A stretch of DNA of 64,000 bases from Octopus sinensis (taxonomy: Eukaryota): NCBI RefSeq assembly GCF_006345805.1, contig NC_043002.1:59024001-59088000 (forward strand), read 5' to 3'. The notes under the pieces are model-generated. The model was not told where the DNA came from. It worked only from the letters and a program-made list of their open reading frames with translations, and searched no databases. The position numbers and the translations under genes were made by a program. This document shows positions 51,725-64,000 of this stretch, one piece after another (the stretch's first letter is position 1; each line of letters opens with the position of its first letter).

Positions 51725-51934
51725 CCTCTCTAGGTTCTCGCCCCAAACCCGCCGAAGTTGGTTTTGCTGTTCATCCTCGTAGGATCGATAAAAAGATAAA
51801 ATACCAGTGAAATAATGGGGTCTATTTAATAGGCGGTTCGCCTCCTTCCAAGTGTACCATCCCGTTTTTATTATGTGGTTTGGGGCACAGAAATTTCAGT
51901 GTCACCCCTAACAACTAAATCCGCAGTATTTATA

Positions 51935-52214
51935 TTTTTTTTTTTCTTACTTGTTTCAGTCATTTGACTGCGGCCATGCTGGAGCACCGCCTTTCATCAA
52001 GCAACTCGACCCTGGGACTTATTCTTTGTAAGCCCAGTACTTATTCTATCGGTCTCTTTTGCCGAACCGCTAAGTGACTGGGACATAAACACACCAGCAT
52101 CAGTTGTCAAGCAATGCTAGGGGGACAAACACAGACACACAAACACACACACACCACACACACACACACACACCACACACACACACACACACACCACACA
52201 CACACACACACACA

Positions 52215-52277
<63 letters not shown>

Positions 52278-52708
52278 TACGACAGGCTTCTTTCAGTTTC
52301 CATCTACCAAATCCACTCACAAGGCATTGGTCGGCCCGGGGCTATAGCAGAAGACACTTGCCCAAGATGCCACACAGTGCGACTGAACCCGGAACCATGT
52401 GGTTGGTTAGCAAGCTACTTACCACACAGCCACTCCTGCGCCTATATATATATATATATATATTATATAATATATATATATATATTTTTTTTTTTTTTCT
52501 TACTTGTTTCAGTCATTTGACTGCGGCCATGCTGGAGCACCGCCTTTCATCAAGCAACTCGACCCTGGGACTTATTCTTTGTAAGCCCAGTACTTATTCT
52601 ATCGGTCTCTTTTGCCGAACCGCTAAGTGACTGGGACATAAACACACCAGCATCAGTTGTCAAGCAATGCTAGGGGACAAACACAGACACACAAACACAC
52701 ACACACAC

Positions 52709-52807
<99 letters not shown>

Positions 52808-52972
52808 TACGACAGGCTTCTTTCAGTTTCCATCTACCAAATCCACTCACAAGGCATTGGTCGGCCCGGGGCTATAGCAGAAGACACTTGCCCAAGATGC
52901 CACACAGTGCGACTGAACCCGGAACCATGTGGTTGGTTAGCAAGCTACTTACCACACAGCCACTCCTGCGCC
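51935..52972 (-). mobile_element. Tandem near-identical duplication of SINE family A (51935-52442, 52486-52972)
   Basis: Both copies share private variants and differ mainly in microsatellite length. Confidence 0.92.
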
Positions 52973-53419
52973 TATATATATATATATATATATATATACA
53001 CTATATATTATTTACTATTTATTATTTAATTGAATGCCACACATCCATTTCCTAGCAGGGAAAACGGACGTTAAACGATGATGATGATAATGATATATAT
53101 GTATACATATCTACCACTCTGTACCTCTCTTCGTTCACACTTTCAGCATTTAGTCCACTGTAGTCTTTCCGTAGCTTCCAAATACCTGAATTTATATGCA
53201 CATGCATGTACATGTACATATATGCATGTGGATGCTCATGCTAAAGCACCATAATTTATGTGTAATTTATATATTCAAAAATGCTGAAAGATTGTGAAAT
53301 ACTTGTAAATTGTATGTATAGGTGCTTGTGCACATGTATAAAATATTCATGAATTTACATGTGTATATCTCTAGATACAAACATACACAGGCATACATAT
53401 ACATGGTAGGTAATGTATA

Positions 53420-53443
53420 TGTACATGTGTATAGTTATATATA

Positions 53444-53476
<33 letters not shown>

Positions 53477-53493
53477 GTGTGTGTGTGTATGTA

Positions 53494-53546
<53 letters not shown>

Positions 53547-54340
53547 GTATATATATATGTATACACATATATCTGTATATGTATATGTGTATTTGTATAT
53601 GTGTATATCTGTATGTGTATATGTATATATATATATGTATGTGTATATGTATGTGTATATATATGTGTACATATATATGTGTATATATATGTGTGTATAT
53701 GTATGTGTGTGTATATGTATGCGTGTATATGTGTATGTATATATATGAATATGTATATATATATGTATGTATATATATATATCTATATGTATGTACATAT
53801 GTATGTATATGTATGTACATATGTATGTATATGTATGTATATATGTATGTATATATATATATCTATATGTATGTACATATGTATGTATATGTATGTACAT
53901 ATGTATGTATATGTATTTATATGTATGTATATGTATCTATATGTATGTGTGTATGTATATATATATATATGTATATGTGTATATATATATATGTATATGT
54001 GTATGTATATATATGTATATGTGTATGTATATATACATGCTTGTATACAAACATATATAACAATGTGAGTGTATATATGTGTGATATTTACATAATATTG
54101 ATCTACAGTTAATTATATGAAGTATAAGCACATATACATACACATATACATGCTTATATACATACATAGGTGCATGCACATATGCATACATAAATATACA
54201 TATATATACATATCCACATTTACACATACAGCAATGCATACATAGATATACACATACATACATATCCACATTTACACATATTACATTGCATACATAGATA
54301 TACACATACATATCCACATTTATCCATACAGAAACACACA
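53420..54340. repeat. Compound (TG/TA/TATG)n microsatellite
   Basis: Directly visible. Confidence 0.95.
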
Positions 54341-54639
54341 CATATAAAGATGCTTACTCACGTACCTAATACATATTTATCTTTTAATCAGCACTTACCA
54401 AACTTCCGAGTCCTCCTCATTAAAGAACAAGGAAGAAAAAAAAAGCTACATTCACTTTAGCATTCAGCGCATAGTATGATACAGTTTCATAATTTATTCA
54501 TAAAGTTTATCCTTCTCTAAGCAGCACAGAAAACTGACATTAAATGGTGACGGTGGTGATGATGATGATGATGTTGTTTCTCTGACATAGGGTATCAACA
54601 GAAGATAAATAAGTTTTTGTCTATGCAAAGGAATTTAAA

Positions 54640-54985
54640 ACATCATTAGGTAGGTGGGCTCTGAAAGGGGTCTCAGGGAGTAGAGTCCCTGCTTTCCTGA
54701 GCTAGTTTCCCATCACATTTCTTAAAAATTGTGGTAGAGGGCTTGGCCTTGGGACCACACATGTCTAGAAACTGAGATTGGGGATAAGCAAGGGCACGCT
54801 CCCAGCAGAAAATCCAGCTCTAAAAAAGCTCCATGATAGCAAAGGAGAATGGGAACCAGCCAGCCAGTCCTAAGGTTGGGGTGGGCTGCACCTGCCTATC
54901 TCGGTTGCTATAGCATTGGGGTTGATCTGGCCACACTCGTTAATGGGGACAAAACCCGGATTTAAAACACTGGATGATGATGCTC
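54640..54985 (+). mobile_element. 3' end of a second RTE-like family
   Basis: aagggcacgctccc...aaaa motif and a terminal (GAT)n. Confidence 0.5.
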
Positions 54986-55019
54986 ATCAGACGTATATTC
55001 ATGCATCTTTTTCTCTCTT

Positions 55020-55240
55020 TCATTCTTTTACTTGTTTCAGTCATTTTGACTATGGCCATACTAGAGCACCACCTTTAGTCGAGCAAATCGACCCCAGGAC
55101 TTATTCTTTGTAAGCCTAGTACTTATTCTATCGGACTCTTTTGCCAAACCGCTATGTTATATGACGTAAACACACCAGCATTGGTTGTCAAGCGATGTTG
55201 GGGGATGGGGACACACAGAAACATATACACACACACACAC

Positions 55241-55286
<46 letters not shown>

Positions 55287-55420
55287 CGGGCTTCTTTTCA
55301 GTTTCCGTCTACTAAATCCACTCACAAGGCTTTGGTCGGCTCGAGGCTATAGTAGAAGGCACTTGCCTAAGGTGCTATACAGTGGGACTGAACTCGGAAC
55401 CATGTGGTTGGTAAGCAAAG
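55020..55420 (-). mobile_element. SINE family A
   Basis: Reverse copy. Confidence 0.85.
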
Positions 55421-56556
55421 CCTGATACTTATTCTATTGACTCTTTTGCTGAACTGCTAAGTTACAGGGACATAAACACACCAGTGTGAGTGTGTGTGAC
55501 TGTCTTTGTGTCTGTGTTTGTCACCTACCATTGCTTGGCAACCAGTGGTGTGTTTACATTCTCATAACTTAGCAGTTTGGCAAAAAGGATCAAGAGAACG
55601 AGTCAATTTATAAGGCTAACAATTTACAAGGCTAACAATTCTTCGAGGTGCTACTCCAGCATGGCCACAGACTAATGACTGAAGCAAAAAATAAAAAGTA
55701 AAAGATAAAAGATACATCTGTTTGAGCCAAACAAGAAAATTCTTCATTTGTGCAGAAATGGAATATTTCTGCATGACATTTAATGAGTGCATTGCTTATT
55801 GAAGAAAATCATGAAGTGGAACCAGTGCTGAAAAGAAATAGTTCTTTTATTGTGGTTTAACAAAAAAATATTTTGGGTTGTGAAACTCTTTCTTATAACA
55901 AAACTTTCATTAAACAAAAACATTTCATTTATCTTATTGTTGTATTTGGTGATGGTCATATTGCCAGTTTAGCTAATAAAACTACACGCACTATATATTT
56001 GGTGTTCATTTGCCTCAGCTTTATTTTATATTAATCGTATTTCGGCCAGAGTTTTTTCATCACACATCTGTGACCTCATCAGTGGTCCTTTGCTTTCTTT
56101 TTTCTTTTTTGTGTGTCTTTCATTTATCCAACATGTTTTATCGTTTCTTTTCCTACATTTTCTGTCCTGAAGGAATTTTACGCAGTTTGTTTCATTTCTT
56201 ATTCTGTAAAAAAGTTGAATTATTGGATTCCATAGCAACTAATGAATTTGCTTAGAAGTTAGTTTGGTAAAACAGAGTGGCACTCATGATGTTAATAATT
56301 CTTCATAGACAGATGAGCTTCATGTAGTTAGCTCCTCTGGCCCCTGTGCCAGTGGCACATAAAAAGCACTGAGTCGTTGGCATTAGGAAGGGCATGCAAC
56401 TGTAGAAACACTACTAGATCAGACTGGTGCCTGGTGCAGTCTCCTGGCTTCCCAGGCCGAAGTTGAACTGTCCAATCCATGCCAGCATGGAAAACGGATG
56501 TCAAATGATGGTGATGATATTTAATTTAACCCTCCAGCATTTGTCAAACATATTGC

Positions 56557-56929
56557 TTATTACCTCCACCTTAGCGTAGGCAGAGGTGTTGTTTTCAGTC
56601 ATGTTTGCTTGTTTGTCTGTCCGTGGACAAAATATCTCAAGGACCGCTGGATGGATTCGGATGAAATTCTCAAGGATGTTTGGCTTTGTGACTGGCATGA
56701 ACTGATTAGATTTTGGGATCAATCCAGTATTGAACAAGGATTCTGGATTATTTTTCCTGTTTTTTTTACTTAAATTTTGAGAGCGGTCAGGTTCATTTTT
56801 AGTTTTCTCGTTTGTGAGAGCAGTCGAGTTTATTTCAGATATTCTCATTTAAAAAGTTATCTTTGGATAATTGTTGAGAGGACGTTGGCATTGCCTTGGC
56901 GGACGTTTGCACTCTCTGAGTGTTCTTGT
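56557..56929 (+). mobile_element. DINE-1/HINE-like non-autonomous Helentron
   Basis: 5' ttattacctccacc..ggcagaggt (subTIR + partner IR), gtttgtctgtcc microsatellite, 3' subTIR ggcggacgt, terminal hairpin gcactctctgagtgt. Confidence 0.72.
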
Positions 56930-56934
56930 GTATT

Positions 56935-57272
56935 CTTTTATTCTTTTACTTGTTTCAGTCATTTGACTGCATCCATGCTGGAGCACCACCTTTAGTTGAA
57001 GATATTGACCCCAGGACTTACTCTTGGTAAGCCTAGAACTTATTCTATTGGTCCCTTTTGCTGAACCGCTAAGTTATGGCGTCATAAACACACCAGTACC
57101 GGTTGTCAAGCAATTGTGGGAGAGACAAACACACACACAAATACACACACACACACACACACGACAGGCTTCTTTCAGTTTCTATCTACCAAATACAGTG
57201 ATGAGGCTTTGGTTGGCGCAAGGCTATAGAAGAAGCTACTAGCCCAAGGTGCCATGCAGTAGGACTGAACCA
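56935..57272 (-). mobile_element. SINE family A, 5'-clipped
   Basis: Reverse copy. Confidence 0.82.
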
Positions 57273-57793
57273 TTTACATTCTTTTGAATTAATCATATAT
57301 CATCTTGTAGCTTTGAAAATTTGATGATGTGATTGTATATTATTAGAATAACATTATAGGGTGGGCACGAGAAGTAAGATCTGGCCAAGTTGAATATTTG
57401 AATCGAATATGGCTGGTTTAAATGCTAAAGGGCTAAACTTCTGTAAGTTGATGTCTGGGGGGAAATGGAATTTTGAAGAATTGGCAGATTTTAGGAAAGA
57501 AAGATTAAAGAAAGAGTTTAGTTTCGGATCTGAGAGGAAAGGCAGATGATATATGTGTGAAATGGGCTGGTCATCATTATCATTTAACTTCCACTTTTCT
57601 ATGTTTGTATGGGTCGGATGGAATTTATTGAGACTGATTTTCTACAACCTGATGCCCTTCCTGTCACCAACCCTCACCTTACACAGTCCTGGGGTCGATT
57701 CGTTTGACTAAAGGCGGTGCTCCAGCATGGACACAGTCAAATGACTGAAACAAGTAAAAAGACTGACAAAGAGTATATATATATATATATATA

Positions 57794-58220
57794 GTTGTAG
57801 CCACTTTAACATGGCTAGCTGTTTGAGCAAACTCTGCTGTGATATTTTAACCTCAAGAGGACATCTCCTCAAGCTGGTTAATGATGCACAGCTGCATCCG
57901 ATAAAACTGCGAGCAGGGGACCAAACCCCAACCATCTCCTAATGATGGGATCAGTAGACCAGGCCTGGTTTTAGGCTATTTCTGCCATTTCTCAGTACTG
58001 GATCCCTTGTCTGCTAGAGATGATAGCTGCTCGCTTCTACACGCAATATATATATATTTCAAACGAACACACAGTCACTGTGCTAGTCCTAAAATCTCTC
58101 TAAGAGATCAACGCTGTACTGATAAGCAATGTTGGTAGCCACTTTAACATGGCTGTCCATTTGAGTGAACTCTACTGCAATTTTTTAACCCCAAGATGAC
58201 ATCTCCTCTAGCTGGTTAAT
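57794..58220. repeat. Diverged direct repeat pair of about 88 bp (57794-57881, 58131-58220)
   Basis: gtagccactttaacatggct...ttttaacc.caaga.gacatctcctc.agctggttaat present twice. Confidence 0.8.
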
Positions 58221-58226
58221 ATATAT

Positions 58227-58555
58227 ATATATAAGCACCGGTGGCACGTAAAAAAGCATCATTCAAGCATGGTTGTTGTCAGTGCCGCCTGACCGGCTCC
58301 CATGCCGGTGGCACGTAAAAAGTACCATTCAAGCATGGTCGATGCTAGTACCACCTGACTGGCCCTTGTGCCAGTGGAATGTAAAAACCACCCACAACAC
58401 TCTTGGAGTGGTTGGCTTTAGGAAAGGCATCCAGCTGTTGAAACTTTGCCAGATCAGATTGAAGCCTGGTGCAGCCTTCTGGCTTGCCAGCCTTTAGTCA
58501 AACCGTCCAACCCATGCCAGCATGAAAAGCAGACGTTAAACAATGATGATGATGG
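58227..58555 (+). mobile_element. RTE 3' UTR fragment with about 3 VNTR units
   Basis: ggtggcacgtaaaaa units, conserved tail, (GAT)n. Confidence 0.82.
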
Positions 58556-58879
58556 TATATATATGGACTGATGTATGCATGTGTATGCATGTGTGCATGC
58601 AACATACAAATGAGAAAGGTGTGAACCACAGTTTCAATGCATTTAAGTCAATAGTGATTCAATTATCACGAGTGAGTGAAATGAAGGCAATCGCATAGGT
58701 GGCGATAGTGGTGATGGAAGTAGTAGTAGTAATAGTGGTGGTGGTATTGACATCATATGTAGGTGGGGTTGGTCGAGGTAGGAAGTGCTGACTGGTTTCC
58801 TTCCTCTGCTTCAAAATGTCTACACTTGTATGATCAAGCGATGTTTTTTATGTTTGTTATTTTGTAAAGGAGTCCATTC

Positions 58880-59340
58880 ATCAAGCGGCATTGTAGTAGT
58901 AGTAGTAGCAGCAGTTTTGGGGTAGTGGTGGTGGTAGTAGTAGTGGTGGTGGTAGGAGTGGTAGCAGCAGCAGCAGAAGTAGTAGTAGTAGTGTTGGGGT
59001 TCTGGTGTTAGAAGTAGTAGCAGCAGGAACAGTTGTTGTAGAACAGTTGTTGTAGTAAGTAGTAGTAGTAGGTGTAGCAGCAGCAGCCTCAGCAGTAGCA
59101 ATAATAGTGTCACCATTATTGTTGTTAGCATCACCATATATGTGTATGCTTGTGAGTATGAGTGTGCGTGTATGTGCGTGAGTGTTGGTGTGTGCGTACG
59201 TGTGTGTGTGTGCGTACGTGTGTGTGTGTGTGAGCATGTGTGTGAGTATGCACATGTGCATGAAAGTGTGTATGTATGAGCATGTGTGTGTGTACATAAA
59301 TGTGTGCATATGTGCAAGCGCGTGTGTGTGTGTGGTGTAG
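58880..59340. repeat. (GTA/GCA/GTG)n and (GT)n low-complexity tract
   Basis: Directly visible. Confidence 0.9.
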
Positions 59341-59876
59341 GGATGAAGTTTGGCTGAGTAGTACAAAATCGGGAAGTGACGATGAGCAATGGCTTGAAGA
59401 ATATCAAGAGAAGTCCAGGAACCTGTTGATCCAGGAAGCAGGGCCTCATCTCAGTAATAATGCCATTGCAAGGAAGAACCTGAAATGGCATGCATTCTCT
59501 TCTGATGACCCCATAGGCCTGCTAATGTCTGATATGCAAAGCTTTCAACTGGTAACACTTGTATTTGTTAGTTGTTTACAAATAATTTTGCGTAATTTAA
59601 GTGTAGTGTTCTTAGCTCTTACTTCCTCCAGCATTGTTAGCTCAACAGACAATGAACCTTCTCCACACATCCTGATTGCTCACTTTCCTCCTGGCCCCAC
59701 TTGGGCCAACCCCCATTGCTATCATGTTGTCCCATTATGTACTGTGCCACATCTTCCTTGGTCATTGTTGGGGATTTTCTCCAATATTTCTTGTTTGATG
59801 TTTGTGTATGTATTCAATAGTAGTTGGATTCTCTGCATTTATGTCAGGAAGAGTCTTTATTTTGAATGGCATTATA

Positions 59877-60428
59877 CAGGGTTATTCAAAATGAAAGAGC
59901 AGATTTTAAATTTATTTTTAAAACAAGGAGTAAGAGACACAAACACATTCTACATATTTCTTGATAGGGGAAGGTTTAAAGTTATTTTAAGGTAATATGC
60001 ACTCAGCATGAGCACCATGTGTTGCTTGACAAACATCGAAACCTTTTTCTGTGAAATTTTTATGCCATTCGTAAATTTGCTTGTGATGAGGTGGATTTTT
60101 ATTGAATTGGTGGTGAAATTCATGTTGCACTTGCACAATCGATTCACATTTCTTAAACTGCTGCACACAAAAAGACTTTTCTTGTAGCATTGCCATTTTC
60201 TAAAGGATTACACAAATGAAAATTATCCAACTTTAAATAAAATGAACAAAATGCAGCATTAAAACAAAATTAGAATATTATTTTATTTAAGGCTTAATTC
60301 AATTGATCATGTTCAGCTATAAACTTTAAACCTTCCTCGATCAAGAAATATATAGAATGTGTTTGAGTCTCTTACTGTTTGTTTGAAAAATAAATTTGAA
60401 ATCTGCTCTTTAATTTTGAATAACCCTG
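59877..60428 (-). mobile_element. Tc1/mariner deletion derivative (552 bp) with TIRs of about 110 bp
   Basis: cagggttattcaaaatgaaagagcagattt.../...aaatctgctctttaattttgaataaccctg; TA flanks; interior MAMLQEKSFCV...VQHEFHHQFNKNPPH..IYEW resembles a transposase N-terminal HTH. Confidence 0.88.
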
Positions 60429-60710
60429 TATATTGTTTTGGTAATGACATCATGTTGCATAAGGAAGTAATACCTGGATAATATCTTTATACAGCTGATA
60501 ATCCCATGTGAGATGTCTTCCACAAAAATATGACTTAATCTACATTTTTGGTTGTATCTTTGAGGGCTTCACTATCTTTTTTGTTGATTAGGTATTTAAT
60601 AACAATCTCTTGATCTTTGATTGCAAATGGGTAGCCTTTGAAGTGTGATGTGATGTAGTGGTCACAAGTCCAAGAAGGATGCACTTTTTGTTAATATAAC
60701 CATCTTCTAA

Positions 60711-61145
60711 AGCAGCGACCTGGCAGAAATGTTAGCACACTGGATGAAATGCTTAGCAGTATTTCGTCTGTCTTTATGTTCTGAGTTCAAATTCTGCTGA
60801 GGTCAACTTTGCCTTTCATCCTTTCTGGATCGATAAATTAAGTACCAGTTGCATACTAGGGTCGATCTAGTCGACTGGCCTCCTCCCACAAAATTTTGGT
60901 CCTTGTGCCTAGAGTAGAAAAGAATATAACCTTTTTCTAAGGTGGTGAGTTGGTAGTATCATTAGCACATCAGGCTAGATGCTTTGCAGCATTTTGACTG
61001 ACTATTTTCTGAGCTCAAATTTCACTGAAGTTGACTTTGTCATTCATCCTTTTGGGGCTGATTAAATAAGTACCAGTTGAGTACTGGGGTTGATGTAATC
61101 AACTTACCACCCACACCCAAATTTCTGGCCTTGTGCCAAAATTTG
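60711..61145 (+). mobile_element. Two tandem SINE family B copies
   Basis: Heads at about 60711 and 60941. Confidence 0.88.
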
Positions 61146-61199
61146 TAAGTTGGGAAGCATATCCATGCATGGTCTTTTATTGGAATGCTAAGCATTTCA

Positions 61200-62030
61200 A
61201 ATCTAGGCCTTCTCTGAAGTATTTTAGTCCAGCTGTTTTGCGGTTGTATGGGAGGTCATCAAGAAGAGAGTGTTTTCTGAAGAGCTCACTTCCAGCACTT
61301 AAGATATTGTTCTCACCACTTTGCAGCACATCAAGTTAATGTTAGTTTATTTTTGCTGTTGTTTCTCTGGAGAGAGAGAGACTATATGCCATTCGAAGGC
61401 TGTCTGCATAGATATCCAGCCTCTACCCACTTTATCTCTTGCTAAGTAGAGCCTGTCAATATCACAATTTGTATGGAAATGTCCAGTTTATATCAGGATC
61501 TTGTGTGTCCTGATGTCAATGGTGTGGATTTCCTCAACAGATCTGTCTAGTATTCCAAATATTAGAATCAACACTGATACTGCAAATGCATTGTGGGATA
61601 TTGTCTTGTTGTAAGGGGAGATTTTCAAGTGCCATATTTTCTGAAGTCTGGTATAGTACTATTCATTTTTATTCACAGCATTTGTATTTGTAGCATTCTT
61701 TGAGTGGAACAGGAGAGATAGTAAGGCTTTTGATGTACAGGTTTTGGGTCTGGGGGATGGATTTTTCATGTTCAACAATCAAATACAAACATTTCTTTTG
61801 GTCAAATTCCATTCCTATTTCAGCTGAAAAATGTTGTCTAATTCCATCCGTTTTTTTGGCATTGCTAACATGTTTAGCATAAATCTTCAGGTTATTCACA
61901 AAGGAATTATGAGATACATTAATATCTCTAACAGCTGCAGACCCTAGCATGTAGCCATTTGATTTTTGTTGCAGGAATGATAACAGATTTAATGCCAAAA
62001 TGAAAAGAATTATAGAAATACTATGTCTTT
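61200..62030 (-). mobile_element. Degenerate R4/Dong-like RT fragment
   Basis: HNSFVNNLKIYAK (degenerate YMDDLKLY), EIGMEFDQKKC; downstream DIDRLYLARDKVGRGW resembles the LY.PR..GGRGL motif. Confidence 0.65.
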
Positions 62031-62286
62031 AGAATATTCCCTTTGAAATATATATAACATTGGAGATGATTGTTCCACTTTCATTTGTTTATTTGTTTGT
62101 TTGTATGTATGTATATCTACATTTATATATCTACATATACATCTATATATGTAGATATGTTTACATTTACACATGTATGTGTGTTTGTAAGTTCTCTTCT
62201 ATTTTTAATTATTTGAAATCTCCCTGTAAGGAAAGGGCTGTTTTCCAACAAAGATACAATGCTCCATCACTGGAATGTATGTATTA

Positions 62287-62800
62287 GCCCCCTCCCCAAA
62301 GATTTTGGGCCTTCTGCCTAGAGTAAAAAAGTATATTCATATGTAGATAAGATGGCTAGCTGGCAGAAACGTAAGTGTGCCGGGTGAAATGCTTAGCAGT
62401 ATTTTGTCTGTCTTTATGTTTTGTGTTCAAATTCTGCCAAGGCCGACCTTGCCTTTCATCCTTTCAGGGTTGATAAATTAAGTACCAGTTGCATACTGGT
62501 GTCGATCTAATCAACTGGCTTCTTCCCCAAAAATTTCAGGCCTTATGCCTAGAGTAGAAAAGTATATCTATAGGTAGATAAGACGGCGAGCTGGCAGAAA
62601 TGGTAAGCAATGCTGGGCAAAATGCTTAGCAGTATTTCATCTGTGCTTATGTTCTGAGTTCAAATTCTGCCGAGGTCAACCTTGCCTTTCATCTTATCGG
62701 GGTTGATAAATCAAGTACCAATTACATACTGGTGTTGATCTAATCAATTGGCTCCCTCCCCAAAAGTTTTAGGCCTTGTGCCTAGAGAAGAAAAGCATAT
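62287..62800 (+). mobile_element. Tandem array of SINE family B (3' fragment + two full copies)
   Basis: Period of about 231 bp including a shared spacer. Confidence 0.88.
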
Positions 62801-63229
62801 GTAGAATAACGGTGCCAGAATAGGTACTGGTGTTGTAATTAGCTAGTGAACTTGTTAAAGAAAGTATATCAATGACAGAGGCATATTAATACCAAGAGGT
62901 GGTATTTATTCCTACTTATTGGCTTTTGGTGCAAAATGCACTCTTGTTTACGTCTCCAGCAGGGAGATAAATTCCATCCATCTCCAGTGTCAAGACCACT
63001 AAATCATGTGATTATGTAGGAGAACATTAGCTAATGTATCTCTCTTCACAGTTAATACTGTAGTATGTGATTTGAGGAAGATTAAGGTATTATTTCTAGA
63101 AAACTGAACAACCACATACAGGCACAGAAATTAAATGTAATATAATGTGATGTGCTGTAATGGCAAAATATGTGGTTGTTACTACATTTTTAGTTATTGT
63201 TGATGTTACTGTTAGTGTTGTAGTAGCTG

Positions 63230-63520
63230 ATAGCTGTGTGTTGTTGTTGTTGTTGTGACTTGTGGCACTTGAATATTATCTTTGTTGTTGCTGCTGCTGC
63301 TGTTGTTGTTGTTGGTCTTGTTAATAGTTCTGAAGCCGGTCTATACATGTTGTTTAGTGTATTGTACAACCCCCACCTTCAGCGATGACAATGACAACAA
63401 CGACCACCACCACTGTAACACCAACAACAACAGCAATCACTACAACCACTGCCCTCAGTGCTGTTACCACCACCACCACAACCACCACCACCACCACCGC
63501 CACCACCGCCACCACTAAAA
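63230..63520. repeat. (GTT/CAA/CAC)n low-complexity tract
   Basis: Directly visible. Confidence 0.9.
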
Positions 63521-63575
63521 ACAGCAACAATGGCTTGACCTAAAATTCGACTAAATTAAGGTGACTATTGAAAGC

Positions 63576-63609
<34 letters not shown>

Positions 63610-63676
63610 AGGAGGTGTCTTTATGGCTGAGAAATAGGCAATAGCTATGAAATTACCTGAAAATTTGATGTAAACC

Positions 63677-63718
<42 letters not shown>

Positions 63719-64000
63719 CGCACGCATATTTATGTATAAGTCAGTACCCGTGAGTGACTTAGTGCATATAAGAGTCAGCTAATATAAATTTATATACATA
63801 CATGCAATCATACGTGTATGTATGATTACATAACATCTCACCAATATAATACAGATGTAAAAATGTGTTGAAACAATTGTAGTGACTGTAAATAAGCTAT
63901 GTCCTTCATTCCATTTTATATTGTTTATCTATTTATATAATTGCTATGGATGCTATGAAATTCCTGATGTATATTCAATAGCAGAAGCATTTTCACTTAA

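Overview
Repeat-saturated, AT-rich animal DNA. The SINE families, (GAT)n-tailed RTE ends and microsatellite load look like an octopus genome; this is inferred from pattern recognition, with no database search. No host protein-coding gene can be recognised, and almost all ORFs in the supplied track are translations of microsatellites. Well supported content: several tRNA-headed SINE families (dozens of copies, some in tandem), many RTE LINE 3' ends carrying a 62-bp VNTR, a 2.8-kb degenerate CR1-group LINE, two R4/Dong-like fragments, a Penelope RT + GIY-YIG remnant, a full-length degenerate DD34D mariner, two further Tc1/mariner derivatives, two non-autonomous Helitrons and a DINE/HINE-like element. 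The most interesting signals are these. (1) A set of minimal Penelope-type hammerhead ribozyme motifs. One sits in a tRNA-headed SINE-like element with an inverted 5' end and a 9-bp direct flank (51402-51724). (2) Several long foldback palindromes, two of which allow exact reconstruction of nested mariner and Helitron insertion sites.
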